Positions 38,076-47,838 of a stretch of DNA of 64,000 bases are shown here, piece after piece. Position 1 is the first letter of the stretch. Each line of letters begins with the position of its first letter. Below the pieces are notes generated by a model that saw only the letters and a list, made by a program, of their open reading frames with translations, ran no database searches and was not told where the DNA came from. Position numbers and translations under genes: made by a program. Source of the DNA: a virus (Duplodnaviria > Caudoviricetes); IMG/VR virus record IMGVR_UViG_3300018984_000003, positions 45,787-109,786 of that record; one strand, given 5' to 3'.

Positions 38076-38147
38076 AGTCGGGGATGGGAGTTGAACCCAC
38101 TATTTTCGGCTTATGAGACCTGCGTGAAACCGTTTCACTTCCCCATC
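38076..38147 (-). tRNA. tRNA with CAT anticodon (Met or Ile2), degenerate
   Basis: GATGGGG-AA-GTGA-AACGGTT-TCAC-G-CAGGT-CTCATAA-GCCGA-AAATA-GTGGG-TTCAACT-CCCAT-CCCCGAC-T. Mismatches in the acceptor and anticodon stems, no encoded CCA. Confidence 0.75.
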
Positions 38148-38149
38148 TG

Positions 38150-38400
38150 GCCCCGTATTTAACGTCATGGGATAGACGGATTGACAGGGTTTGGCTCTCC
38201 CTCTGCAATTTTTGATTCATAGCCTTGCAGGGCAACAGCTTTTCACTTTTGTAGTGACTCAACTAGCACTGTCGGTAGTTTTACCTCTTGACTTGGGGAT
38301 GAGCATACGGTTTAGCCCTGGTATGCTAGCAGGTGTCATTTATCCTCTCACAGTCGTTAACGCCCGAAGACTTTTGACTGGTAATTGAGTGACTTGCTGC
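38150..38400 (-). ncRNA. Candidate structured ncRNA co-transcribed upstream of the tRNA
   Basis: Nested stems with G-U pairs on the minus strand, a cUUCGg loop and its own promoter. Confidence 0.55.
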
Positions 38401-38404
38401 AATA

Positions 38405-38434
38405 ATTTTATCACATTGTTTTATTCCTCGTCAA
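38405..38434 (-). promoter_or_regulatory. Sigma70 promoter for the ncRNA-tRNA transcript
   Basis: TTGACG-18-TAAAAT with an extended -10 TG. Confidence 0.65.
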
Positions 38435-38612
38435 TGAGTTTCAGGCTAAAATATACCTGCGGATACGTAACGATTGTCTTGATTTATACGGAGATCAATG
38501 TACTAAATTGAGTTTAGCACGATTTCTTCCCCCCGCCATCAGCCCAACACTACAATCACAACCTTCACCACAACTACTCACCGCGACACCCGTCACGTCT
38601 CAGTGCGTCACA

Positions 38613-39131
38613 TTATTTCATTAAGTGGCTTGTCAGTTCAAATCCCAGCCATCCGATCGCCTTGCAAGCAATTGCGGCATACAGACACCAAATTGCGTAT
38701 TTTGCCATCTTTGCACGGAAGTCTCGCAAAACACTAAGCGAGTCAAGATTTTTCATTGCTACGCTTGTTAGAGTGAGAAAAAAAGATTGCTCAGAATCGT
38801 AGTAATGTTCGTCATACAAGGTTTTTACAAGTATAAACACTCCACCCGATTTTGGCTGAAACCCAGCAAGGCAAAAACCAAGAGCAACTAAAGACAGCAT
38901 TACTGACAACACCTCAAAAAATAAAAGACGGCTGTTGATTGATTCAACGGTTGTCTGAAAAATTATTAACCCCGTAGTCAACCCAAGCGCAAAGCCCAAT
39001 TTTGTTACTAAAATATCAATGCTTTTATTGACTGCCGCAATTTGAGATTCTACGTGTTCGTAGATTAGCTTCAGATTGTTGTGTTCGGTTTTTTGATTCT
39101 CAGGTTCTTGGGGCTGTTCAGTATTTGTCAT
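38613..39131 (-). CDS. Three-TM membrane protein
   Basis: Helix, two TM segments, loop, C-terminal TM. Confidence 0.75.
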   Translation of the reverse strand: MTNTEQPQEPENQKTEHNNLKLIYEHVESQIAAVNKSIDILVTKLGFALGLTTGLIIFQTTVESINSRLLFFEVLSVMLSLVALGFCLAGFQPKSGGVFILVKTLYDEHYYDSEQSFFLTLTSVAMKNLDSLSVLRDFRAKMAKYAIWCLYAAIACKAIGWLGFELTSHLMK

Positions 39132-39233
39132 ATTTTGTGCTTAATAGGAAACTTGTTATAGTTTAATCTATCATACTCTATTAGGAGTGTTTGACGAAAG
39201 CATACAATTCTAGTCAGAAAGGAGAGAGTCTGA

Positions 39234-39809
39234 ATGTTACTAAAAAGAGTCGCGAAGAGTACATTGGAAAACCCGGCAAAGTCTGGGGAGATTTACCGAT
39301 TCAATCCTGATTTTTTCTGGGAGGGGGAGTGGGTAGAGGGAGGAATTGGAGAGCCAGAAGAAAGCGATCTTATAAGGATAACTAGAAAAGAATATTTGAG
39401 TATCTGCTCAGATGTTCCGAAGTCGGGTTGCATAACACTCAACGAACAGTCACACGCTGCCATCTACAAAATATTACTGGGGAGAGCTTATCCTCATTTT
39501 GGAGTCACTGGAATAAAAACTATCTATCTGATTAAGTGCATTAATGGGGACTTTGGTAGAAAATATATCAATACTACCTCACACGAGGCAATAAGGAAAC
39601 TGATCGGAGGACGTGCAGACGTTTCTCATACTTCAGATAAATTCTGGAAAATCTGCTATCAAAGAATAAGAGAGGAAGACGTAACAGGCAGGCGACAACC
39701 TTTAAAAGACTTTACGGAGGCAGAGCGTAAAATTTGGAGAGCATTTGTCCGACGCGCTTCAATTTCGTGCAACAGGAAGAAACTAAAACAATCTGACGAT
39801 CGATCATAG
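39234..39809 (+). CDS. Hypothetical protein
   Basis: 191 aa with an AGGAG RBS upstream. Confidence 0.7.
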   Translation: MLLKRVAKSTLENPAKSGEIYRFNPDFFWEGEWVEGGIGEPEESDLIRITRKEYLSICSDVPKSGCITLNEQSHAAIYKILLGRAYPHFGVTGIKTIYLIKCINGDFGRKYINTTSHEAIRKLIGGRADVSHTSDKFWKICYQRIREEDVTGRRQPLKDFTEAERKIWRAFVRRASISCNRKKLKQSDDRS

Positions 39810-39938
39810 GGCGTAGCGACAAACGACGTACCCGGTTCGCACCAAAACTGATTGACAAAGTTGATCGGAGTTGGCTGCCGACACTCATCAAGTTAGATCG
39901 AATGAATCACCGTGCGGTCGTCGTGACCCTCCGGGTCA

Positions 39939-40097
39939 GAAGCGAGAGAATAATTTGTCTACCTTTTATAGATGAGCCTGTTACTCAAGTTTTTTATATT
40001 TATAATATTGTTACGTGACAAACTCATCTATTATATCTCCGCTTCTATCTACAGTCTACTTGTAGAGACTGGTTTAGTTTTGATTCTGAGAAATCGA
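39939..40097 (+). repeat. Dispersed intergenic element, copy C
   Basis: GAAGCGAGAG..TAGATGAGCCTGTTAC..TATAAT..CGTGACAAACTCATCTATT..TGTAGAG, then a terminator hairpin at 40100-40138. Confidence 0.9.
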
Positions 40098-40156
40098 CAA
40101 AAAACCCGGCGGTTTTGGGTACTGCCGGGTTTTGTTTTGGGGTGTGGGGCGGGGTC

Positions 40157-40790
40157 TTAGAGTGCGACTCTTGCGGGTCTGATGCCAGCCGCCGCTACAG
40201 CGTCGATCGGCTTGATATTGTCTAAGTCAATGAACTCTGTCACTCTGTCCTCTGCACGGTCTAGAATCCTCAAACAGTCAACACTGAGATGATTTCTGAG
40301 TTGATGACGCTCACAACCGAGTCTTAACTCAATTTCAATCGCTTTCATACCCCAAAGAGTCTGATATATAGCATCGGTTGTTCGGGCGTACATGGCGTGT
40401 TGAGGACAGGTTGTGCCGCCGGGGTTCTGCTGATACCAGTCTTTGGATGGCATCGGTTAACGTGCGACGGGTTACTTTGCCAGCCGATCGCACTTCCTTC
40501 CAAATCTCTTTTAGTCTCTGTTGCGCTTCCTCTGCCTCTGCCGTCAATGCTTTGAATTAACCATTTAGCACTAATCTCAGAGTGCTATTTGCCCATACTG
40601 CAAACTTAGGACTAACCCAAGTGGCTATTGAGATTCCAATTTCTGGATGTACCCAAGTCCCGCGTTCACCATTGCCACCTTCTGACTCGTTTACTGTCAG
40701 TAATAGGTCTGCTGGAATTCCAGTAGAATCGGAAAGAGCCTCCATGTAAGCTTTTGAACTTTTGATTGAAGTTATAAGTTAGAATTGTCA
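40157..40790 (-). pseudogene. Fragmented KilA-N domain (antirepressor-like) gene
   Basis: GTWVHPEIGISIATWVSPKFAVW, with the remainder split over three frames. Confidence 0.75.
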
Positions 40791-40951
40791 TGTTGTCTAA
40801 TTCCTCTAGGTGACTGCCACTGATAATCTGGGATGTGCAACCATCCCTTTGTGGCTTAATTTTTCCTATTCTAATAATACAATACATCCGCCACAAAGAC
40901 CCTTCTGACGGAAGAGGAAGCGAGAGAGCAAATAGTCTACTGCTTCTAAAT

Positions 40952-40982
40952 AAAAAACCGCCCCGGTAAGGGCGGTTTTTTA
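40952..40982. terminator. Bidirectional intrinsic terminator (related AAAAACCGCCC..GGGCGGTTTT hairpins near 49616, 52284, 55838, 56581, 60217)
   Basis: AAAAAACCGCCC-cggtaa-GGGCGGTTTTTT. Confidence 0.8.
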
Positions 40983-40996
40983 GGATTTAAAGGTGG

Positions 40997-41296
40997 CTAA
41001 AAGTTCTCAATAATCGAATTGATTTGTCGTAAATAAATCATTTCCCTCTTATTTTGTCTTTCAATACTTTCTATCGTTCTTGTGTTCTCAATCTGTTTGT
41101 TCACTAACTTTTGAACTCTTGTATTTTCATTGCAAATTAGTTTGATAGCGGTAGCTAATTTATTAAATGGATATTGACTAGCTTCTGCCATTTGAAGCTT
41201 GAGTTCGCGATCTGTAAGTTCTGACATCACTCTTGTGTAAGCTTCTATTAACTCTGAATCAGTGGACACGGAAATGTAATCGTAATTATTGCTCAT
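40997..41296 (-). CDS. Hypothetical coiled-coil protein
   Basis: 99 aa, last gene of the leftward operon. Confidence 0.65.
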   Translation of the reverse strand: MSNNYDYISVSTDSELIEAYTRVMSELTDRELKLQMAEASQYPFNKLATAIKLICNENTRVQKLVNKQIENTRTIESIERQNKREMIYLRQINSIIENF

Positions 41297-41382
41297 GACG
41301 TTTCTTTCTCAATGCTTGAGTTTGATAAATAAATCTTGAAATTGCGTCCCAGTGTTCGCGGCGGCAAGTAAAGACTTTGAGA

Positions 41383-41637
41383 TTAGTCAATTGTAATATG
41401 CCAGAAGCGAGTAGGAATATCTTTTTTTCCCCCTGTTTCTACCAGTAGAATTTTACACCCCGCCAGCAAGTGTCCATAAAATCGGTTTTTGGGTTCTAGC
41501 GACTGCAAATCTTCTCGACTTCCTTCGACTACTGTTGTAGTGTACCCTTGCCCTGCCAACCACTCAACCAGACTGTCTTTGTTGCCGTGTCGAATCGTGG
41601 TTAATTTTGACGTTTCTACTGATGTGCTATTTGTCAT
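41383..41637 (-). CDS. Hypothetical protein
   Basis: 84 aa, GAGG RBS. Confidence 0.65.
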   Translation of the reverse strand: MTNSTSVETSKLTTIRHGNKDSLVEWLAGQGYTTTVVEGSREDLQSLEPKNRFYGHLLAGCKILLVETGGKKDIPTRFWHITID

Positions 41638-41655
41638 GGGTACTTGCCTCGAATC

Positions 41656-41970
41656 TTAAATTAATTCGCCTTCTTTTCGTCCAAATTCAGCATCAAAGGC
41701 AAACTCTCCAACAATGTTAGGACGTGCCAAGAATTGATTGTTTTCCTCTTGCAGCTCTGACAGATCAATCTTGTTAGGGTAACTGTACAGGTAATACTGC
41801 GTCAAACTGTCTCTTAATTCAGTACGACGAAAACCATCGGGAGCTTTCAGCAAATGACAGTGCAGTGCAACTAAATATTTGCTACAACCAAACCGACCTT
41901 TCTCTTTAGCTCCGAAGCGGCATTTGATTTGGTCACAAACGTTGATCATTCTCTCTGATAATGTAGTCAT
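41656..41970 (-). CDS. Hypothetical Cys/His-motif protein
   Basis: C..C..C..HCH, AGGAG RBS. Confidence 0.7.
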   Translation of the reverse strand: MTTLSERMINVCDQIKCRFGAKEKGRFGCSKYLVALHCHLLKAPDGFRRTELRDSLTQYYLYSYPNKIDLSELQEENNQFLARPNIVGEFAFDAEFGRKEGELI

Positions 41971-42001
41971 TTATTCTCCTTGGTTTTCTGTTTTTTATGA
42001 A

Positions 42002-42280
42002 TTAGAGTTTATCGTCGTCATCATCAAGATCGTCCTCATCTAAATCAAAATCAGGATCGTCATCTTTCTCATCGCTTATTTCAAAGTCATTATCGTCATC
42101 ATCTTCATCGTCAGTCAAATCACTCAACTCAGAATTCCAGTTGTCATCGGGGTCAAAATCATCGTCATTGGTATCAAGCTGTTCCCAATTTTTAAAATCA
42201 TTTTCATCCGGTTGAACAAAAAGATTTTCAGTACCGGGGATTTTCATTCCTGCTGCGAGTTTTTGTAATGAATTTGACAT
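42002..42280 (-). CDS. Extremely acidic small protein
   Basis: C-terminal two thirds dominated by Asp/Glu, GAGG RBS. Confidence 0.7.
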   Translation of the reverse strand: MSNSLQKLAAGMKIPGTENLFVQPDENDFKNWEQLDTNDDDFDPDDNWNSELSDLTDDEDDDDNDFEISDEKDDDPDFDLDEDDLDDDDDKL

Positions 42281-42455
42281 TGATTAATCCTCTTTTTTAT
42301 TGCTTTTTAAGTTTGCAATGCGTAAACCTTGTATTTCAACAGAAGTTTAGAATCAACCGAAAACAGATGAAGTGATTGTGTCAATATTTAACCTGTTTAA
42401 ACAACAACAAATTGAGTTAACTCGATTTGTTGTTTGCCTTAAAACGATTCTTTTA

Positions 42456-42995
42456 TTAGGTATTGCGAACCTGAACAGTTAACACGGATTGATCAATGAT
42501 TATCGCAAGTTGTTCAAATTTTTCAAGATCCGGCATTTTGACTAAACTAAACCAGGTGATTTCCCCTTCACCAGAATTAGACTCACTGGTTAATTCTGTT
42601 CGCTTCGGTCTTGTTAGAACGATCATAATGTGAGGTTGATCGGCTTGTTCCGGTTTCGGTTGTTTCCCTTGTTGAGGTTTATATATTTCCCAATCCCAGC
42701 CCGCCGGAACACTTGGGTCGGGGTGAGTCTTGTCATCGCATGAACTCGGATCAAAACTAATTAAATATTGCCCCTGCCCTTGTTCATTCGTACCGAAAGG
42801 CATTATCAACTGCCCATCGGTAGTATGCGGATAGTAGATATCGTTTTTACCGTATCCATAGCGGGAACTGGGATCTGTTTCTGTCAGTAAAAGCAAGACT
42901 CGATTGCTGCCGTGAGTTCCGTTTTTAATCGCTTGACTGACAACCTTGTTAACTATTTCATGGAAGGCTTGAACTGCTGTTAGTGTGTCTGACAT
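42456..42995 (-). CDS. Hypothetical protein
   Basis: 179 aa ORF. Confidence 0.7.
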   Translation of the reverse strand: MSDTLTAVQAFHEIVNKVVSQAIKNGTHGSNRVLLLLTETDPSSRYGYGKNDIYYPHTTDGQLIMPFGTNEQGQGQYLISFDPSSCDDKTHPDPSVPAGWDWEIYKPQQGKQPKPEQADQPHIMIVLTRPKRTELTSESNSGEGEITWFSLVKMPDLEKFEQLAIIIDQSVLTVQVRNT

Positions 42996-43076
42996 TTCGT
43001 TTTCTTGTATTAGTGGATATAATTGATGTATGAAACGGGGGCTAGAGTTAGCCCCCGCTTTAGCGTTTAACTGAGT

Positions 43077-44162
43077 TTAGAAAGGAACCGGGTCATAATC
43101 AGTCGCTACGGCTTTAACGTCAACCACATTGTTGACTGTTGCTGATTGACTCGCTGGAAGCATCGGATCGGCTACTGCTGCTGATTTCATTCCGACCGCT
43201 GCTGCTGTTGGCGCTAATAATTGAATTGTGGCTTTAGCAGCGTCGTATTGTCCGACTTTGTAAATGTCTGTGATTTTTAACTTCAGTTCGCGCCCTTGTG
43301 CTAAATAATCACGGAACACTTTAGTCATGGCGTTTAGCTGATCGCTGACTGCTTTATTGCTAAAGTAGGTGTCGGGCAATGGCTCACCGTTCATTTTTGT
43401 CAGAAACAGTTGATAATTTGCAGGGAGAGGCTTCTCACCGTCTTTTGGCTTCTGAGATTCGCGTTTGACCCAATCTACTAACTTCCATTCACCCTGACCG
43501 AGAGATGGCAGTTTTTGAATGCTACCGCCCCCGCCACCGCCGAGAGTCTGTAACAGGATGTTAGCCAGCAATTCGGAACTCTGTTCTGCAAGAACCCATT
43601 CAAACAACTCTTGACTGATGATCGCACCTTCTGGTAGTTTGTGGGCAATATCTTCCCATTTCTTCAAGACAAAAGGGATATCGTAAATCACCTTTAAGTC
43701 TGGATTGTTTGGAGTGAATTGGATCGAAACAGCCTTGCCTGTAGACTCATCGGCGCGTTTGTATTCGCGCTCTGTTAACCGACCTTTCAAATTGCCAACT
43801 AGGAACCGCTGCAAGTCGGCGTCATACTCAATTAGGAAGCGGTTGTCACCACTGACTAGATAGAGATGACCGTCAGCACCCATTACACCGGGGGTGTAGA
43901 TGGCGTCCACCACGCCGTCAATCACTCGACACTTTAACAAAGCGTCGTAATCAATCTCGCTTTCCCCTGCTGCCTCTACAACGAACGAAACAAGCTCAGC
44001 ACCCTCGTCAACCTGAGAATCGCCTTCACCTTGGATCAAATAATCAAGGGGAATTAAGTGCCAGCCGTCAGATGGGAACTCCATTGACAGAACAGTTTGA
44101 AAATTAGTCTTGCTGAAACGAATTGTCTGAGTCGGTACGAATTGAGCCTTTGAATTTGCCAT
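43077..44162 (-). CDS. Hypothetical protein with an SSB-like C-terminal tail
   Basis: 361 aa ending in a low-complexity linker and DYDPVPF. Confidence 0.7.
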   Translation of the reverse strand: MANSKAQFVPTQTIRFSKTNFQTVLSMEFPSDGWHLIPLDYLIQGEGDSQVDEGAELVSFVVEAAGESEIDYDALLKCRVIDGVVDAIYTPGVMGADGHLYLVSGDNRFLIEYDADLQRFLVGNLKGRLTEREYKRADESTGKAVSIQFTPNNPDLKVIYDIPFVLKKWEDIAHKLPEGAIISQELFEWVLAEQSSELLANILLQTLGGGGGGSIQKLPSLGQGEWKLVDWVKRESQKPKDGEKPLPANYQLFLTKMNGEPLPDTYFSNKAVSDQLNAMTKVFRDYLAQGRELKLKITDIYKVGQYDAAKATIQLLAPTAAAVGMKSAAVADPMLPASQSATVNNVVDVKAVATDYDPVPF

Positions 44163-44300
44163 GATGTTAGTCCTTAGTTTTTACCGTGAATAGAATTTGA
44201 GCTTTGAGTCAATTTCTTGCTCTTGTTTTCTATATTTAGATACTCGCACACATCAATATTGGATGTCAAGGAATTTTCAAAAGATTATTTTGGAAGTGCA

Positions 44301-44499
44301 AGAAGCGAGAGCAATTTTTCCATCCTCCCTGTTGAGATTGATTCGATTTCCGCTTTCAAGACTAAAGCAACCTCTACAGATAGAACGCCCACAGAAGCGG
44401 ACATAAGATAGATGAGTTTGTTACGTAGAAATATTATAAAACATAAAAAACTAAGTGACAGACTCAACAGTAAGAATAGCTAATTTGTATCTCGCTTCT
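44301..44499 (-). repeat. Dispersed intergenic element, copy D (full length, 10-bp terminal inverted repeats)
   Basis: AGAAGCGAGA ... TCTCGCTTCT, 199 bp. Confidence 0.9.
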
Positions 44500-44575
44500 C
44501 TGCCAAAAAGCAACGCCCCCGAAAATCGCTTTCTAGGGGCGTCGGTCTATTTATGGTAGGATTGCTCGCTCGTTT

Positions 44576-44914
44576 CTACTCGATCGGGCGTCTTCCCCAC
44601 GTAGCTATCCAGAGAGGAAAGCCTTTAAACTCGTCAGAGGTTGGAATTCGTGCAAGTTCGATTGCGATAGCATAAACCCCCCAAACTTCCTCCCCCTTTC
44701 GTTCAAGAAAGCGATCGAGCGCCGCCATTGTCTCAGGCTTCAGATTGAGCCATTTTTCGAGGCGGAACGGCTCCCCATCTGTAGCCGAGTATAATGCTGC
44801 CATATCGGACAAACAAACCCACCAACCGCACTCTCTTCTCTGAAACCTTACAATTCCCTTACCCTCATAATTTTTGCTTTCTGTCTCTTTGGTTGAAACT
44901 GATGTTTGACTCAT
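44576..44914 (-). CDS. KilA-N-like small protein
   Basis: WVCLSDMA..KWLNL..WG..AIAIELA. Confidence 0.5.
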   Translation of the reverse strand: MSQTSVSTKETESKNYEGKGIVRFQRRECGWWVCLSDMAALYSATDGEPFRLEKWLNLKPETMAALDRFLERKGEEVWGVYAIAIELARIPTSDEFKGFPLWIATWGRRPIE

Positions 44915-45538
44915 TGCTTTTTTCTGTCTGCGGGACGGCTACTTTAATCTACCACAACATTACTAATTTAAATCTTCCTTTATAATTAAAATAGAGTTAG
45001 AAAGAAATATCAAAAATATGAACGCAATAATCGTACCAAGGCTACATTTTTTTCAAGTTCTTGATAGTCTAGAGAGCAATAATTTTTATCAAGTTTGGTC
45101 TGGAAATCGCTGTCTGTTTAGTTCGACCGGAGGTATACTAAGGGCTATCGTCTGGGAAAGAGACTCGCTTTTAAATATAGCTTTTGCTTGTTTGAGGTAA
45201 TATGATAAAAAATTATTTCTTTGGGCATCGTGCAATCACACGAACAGCATTAATTCAACGCGGTGCTATAACTTGGACGATTGACAGAAACGACTTGCCG
45301 ACAGACTAATCTATGGGCATATTTTGCGATTCCCTGATTGAAGGCAAGCGCGTTATCTGGGAAACAGAAAACGGCTCGCTGCTAAGTCGAGGGATGGTTC
45401 GGGTTACTTTTACTCTAGAAGCGTGGGAGAAACCCACTAGCCCTCTAATGTTTGCTCTAAGACCGAAAAACCGACAGCCCCAGCCATAACTCCATTTTGC
45501 CACCCTCCCCCTTTAAAGCGCCATTATGGGATGAAGGA

Positions 45539-45703
45539 GAAGCGAGAGATATTTGGTTCTCTGTAATAGATGAGTCTGTCACGCAGTTATTTGTATATTT
45601 ATAACTTTCTACGTGACAAACTCAGCCATTACGTTTTCGCTTCTGTAAAGGTTATATCTGATGAGGTTGATCAAATCTTGCGGATAAATTTTAGTGAGAG
45701 AGA
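45539..45703 (+). repeat. Dispersed intergenic element, copy E
   Basis: GAAGCGAGAG..TAGATGAGTCTGTCACGCAG..TATAAC..CGTGACAAACTCA. Confidence 0.9.
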
Positions 45704-45931
45704 AAAAGGAGAATGCCCGGGTGTGGTAGTCAGGTGTTTGAAAGGGTTATCGGCTTTGATATTTTCTATGGCGGTGGTTTGGGGAGTTGGAGAAAACTAG
45801 CAAGGGATAAAGCGCCGATAGCCTGCGCTTCAAGGTTTCTAGTCCATCTAAAAATATTTTCCCAAAACCCTTGACACTTTATTGCACCGTGTATTACATT
45901 AGAAAAGTCACGGAAACAAAGGAAAAAATAC

Positions 45932-47011
45932 ATGGACATCAAAGAAATCGCCAAGCAAATCAGAACCGTTTTAAAAAGTGCATTCCCAGCCACAAAATTC
46001 AGCGTAACAATCAAACGCTTTAGTATGGGCGAATCGGTTGACACTTCTTGGACAGACGGCCCTACTAAATCCCAAGTGAATGACTTGATTGGTAAATACG
46101 GCAATACCCGCTTCCGTTTTGTCAACACAAGTAGATAACACAGTATTGAGTTTGCCGAGAAAGTTATCAAGGTATGGAAAGAACAAAACCCTGAATACGC
46201 TCATTTCGCAATCAGTAGCCAAGGAAAAGTAGATTGCTACGGTATTAAGATTGGCGACGAACTTTATGGCAGCAACGATATACGACAAGATTGTGAAGAT
46301 TCTATTTACAAGTTTCTTCGCAACTCAACTCTTGAGAGTTTAGACCTAATCCTTTCTAAAGAAGATGCAGAGGAATCGAAACCGGAAACCGTTAGCACTC
46401 TTGAGCCTGAAGTAACAGCAGAGGTAGTGGCAGAAACAGTTCCAACAGAATCAACGCCACAACCGCAACCGATCAACTTAGTCTCTGAACTAGAGGCAGA
46501 ACTCTTGAAAATTCAGGAATTGCTAAGCAGCACCCGTAAACTGGCAGACACGCTTGAAGCTGAAGCTCACCGATTGACTATTCAAATCACAGCCGCAAAC
46601 CTTGCTCAGTTGGAAAACAAAGCCGAGATAAGTCAGATTACCCTAACCCGTGACGAGGGGATGATCGCAGAAAGCGGAACTACTGTAATCGCGACCGGAT
46701 GGCTGGAAGCTGAGCAAATTCTCAAACAGTGGGCAGCGACGGTCAGCAGTCCGACACGCGCAGATAAATGCAAGATTCTGTTTGAGTTTTCAGATGGTGA
46801 GAGCTTCAAGCTAAGTAGTTTTGAGCTTATGCAGAAACACCGATTTGGAGTTAATTTGGCGTAAGAGTTACTGACTGAACTGCAACATCTGGCGGGCGAA
46901 ATAATCCCAGCGCACATAACGAAAGAAGACTATCAGAATTATTGCAAGTTCTGCAAGATCGAAACTGACGTTTACAAGCGACTGCTAGATCGCTGGGTAA
47001 TCCCTGCTTAG
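45932..47011 (+). pseudogene. LPD29-like polyvalent-protein-domain gene with two in-frame TAA stops (46136-46138, 46862-46864)
   Basis: AKQIRTVLKSAFPATKFSV..SWTDGPT. A single frame of 360 codons reads through both stops. Confidence 0.75.
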
Positions 47012-47127
47012 ACTAACCGGGCAGAATAGCAACACCGCCCAAAAAATCAAACAAAAAAGCCCCTTAGCACAGAGGGGGTTCCGTAGTTGTAACTTGTCAC
47101 GGAAACAACCACCAAAATTATACCAGT

Positions 47128-47379
47128 ATGTCACCAACACCAGAGCCACAGAAAAAGTACAATCATTCAGACAAGGGTCGTAAGGTTCGATCAGAATGGA
47201 ACAAACAGAACAGGCAACACCTCGAAAAAGTGAGGGGAAATCGCACGGGGGAATGCTCCATCTGTGGTAAGTCAAAATGGTTAGTCCGCAAACATCCTCC
47301 TACTTGCAAAAAATGCAATAAAAAAACAGCATCACAGTCAAGCATCCCGTCTGAATTTTTGATTAATCCGCATCTCTAG
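47128..47379 (+). CDS. Small basic Zn-finger protein
   Basis: CSICG..CKKC. Confidence 0.6.
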   Translation: MSPTPEPQKKYNHSDKGRKVRSEWNKQNRQHLEKVRGNRTGECSICGKSKWLVRKHPPTCKKCNKKTASQSSIPSEFLINPHL

Positions 47380-47595
47380 CGCTTGGATGACAACCATGTA
47401 GCGAAAATCCAAATCGGCATCACCATCCCCTTCTTGTTCCCTTTTATCCTTACCTTCCTGCTGCGTGGCTATATAACGCCCAAGTTCCATATTCATAATG
47501 CCGTAAGCTTTAAGCAAGTTTGCGGCGCTGGCATTAGGATTTTTCAATATTGCACGAGCGCGATCGTATGGCATTCTTGTACCAGATTTTAACAA
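47338..47595 (-). CDS. Hypothetical protein
   Basis: 85 aa, probable start MPYDRAR. Confidence 0.55.
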   Translation of the reverse strand: MLKSGTRMPYDRARAILKNPNASAANLLKAYGIMNMELGRYIATQQEGKDKREQEGDGDADLDFRYMVVIQALEMRINQKFRRDA

Positions 47596-47774
47596 TTAGC
47601 GATCGCGCCCACAATTTCAAAAAGGACGCTGATCGAATCGAACGATCAAGTTTTCCGGTCAACAGTAGTTGCGTCATAGGGTCGCGAGTCCCATCTTCAA
47701 CAGTGTCTCTCCGGGACTGGCTCCGCCGCGTCCAAAAAGCAACTACCTCTTATACGAGGTTTTATAAAGGTTTC

Positions 47775-47838
47775 CCCCAGAGTCGTTGCTACCCCGATTC
47801 GTTGCTGCCCCGATTCGTTGCTGCCCCGATTCGTTGCT
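47775..47838 (-). repeat. 16-bp tandem repeat (3 near-perfect units + 1 degenerate)
   Basis: (R)CCCCGATTCGTTGCT units. Confidence 0.9.

Noticed and set aside
36917-38082. attL/attR boundaries of the whole prophage
   Set aside because: The copies are only 1.1 kb apart with phage-like genes on both sides, and no integrase is present
39810-39938. Possible small structured RNA left of element C
   Set aside because: Only short stems (TGACCC/GGGTCA, ACGAC/GTCGT), not distinguishable from chance by eye
21029-47011. Genome-wide stop-codon reassignment explaining the in-frame stops
   Set aside because: The interrupting codons are mixed (TAA and TAG), the same codons end intact genes normally, and no suppressor tRNA is seen
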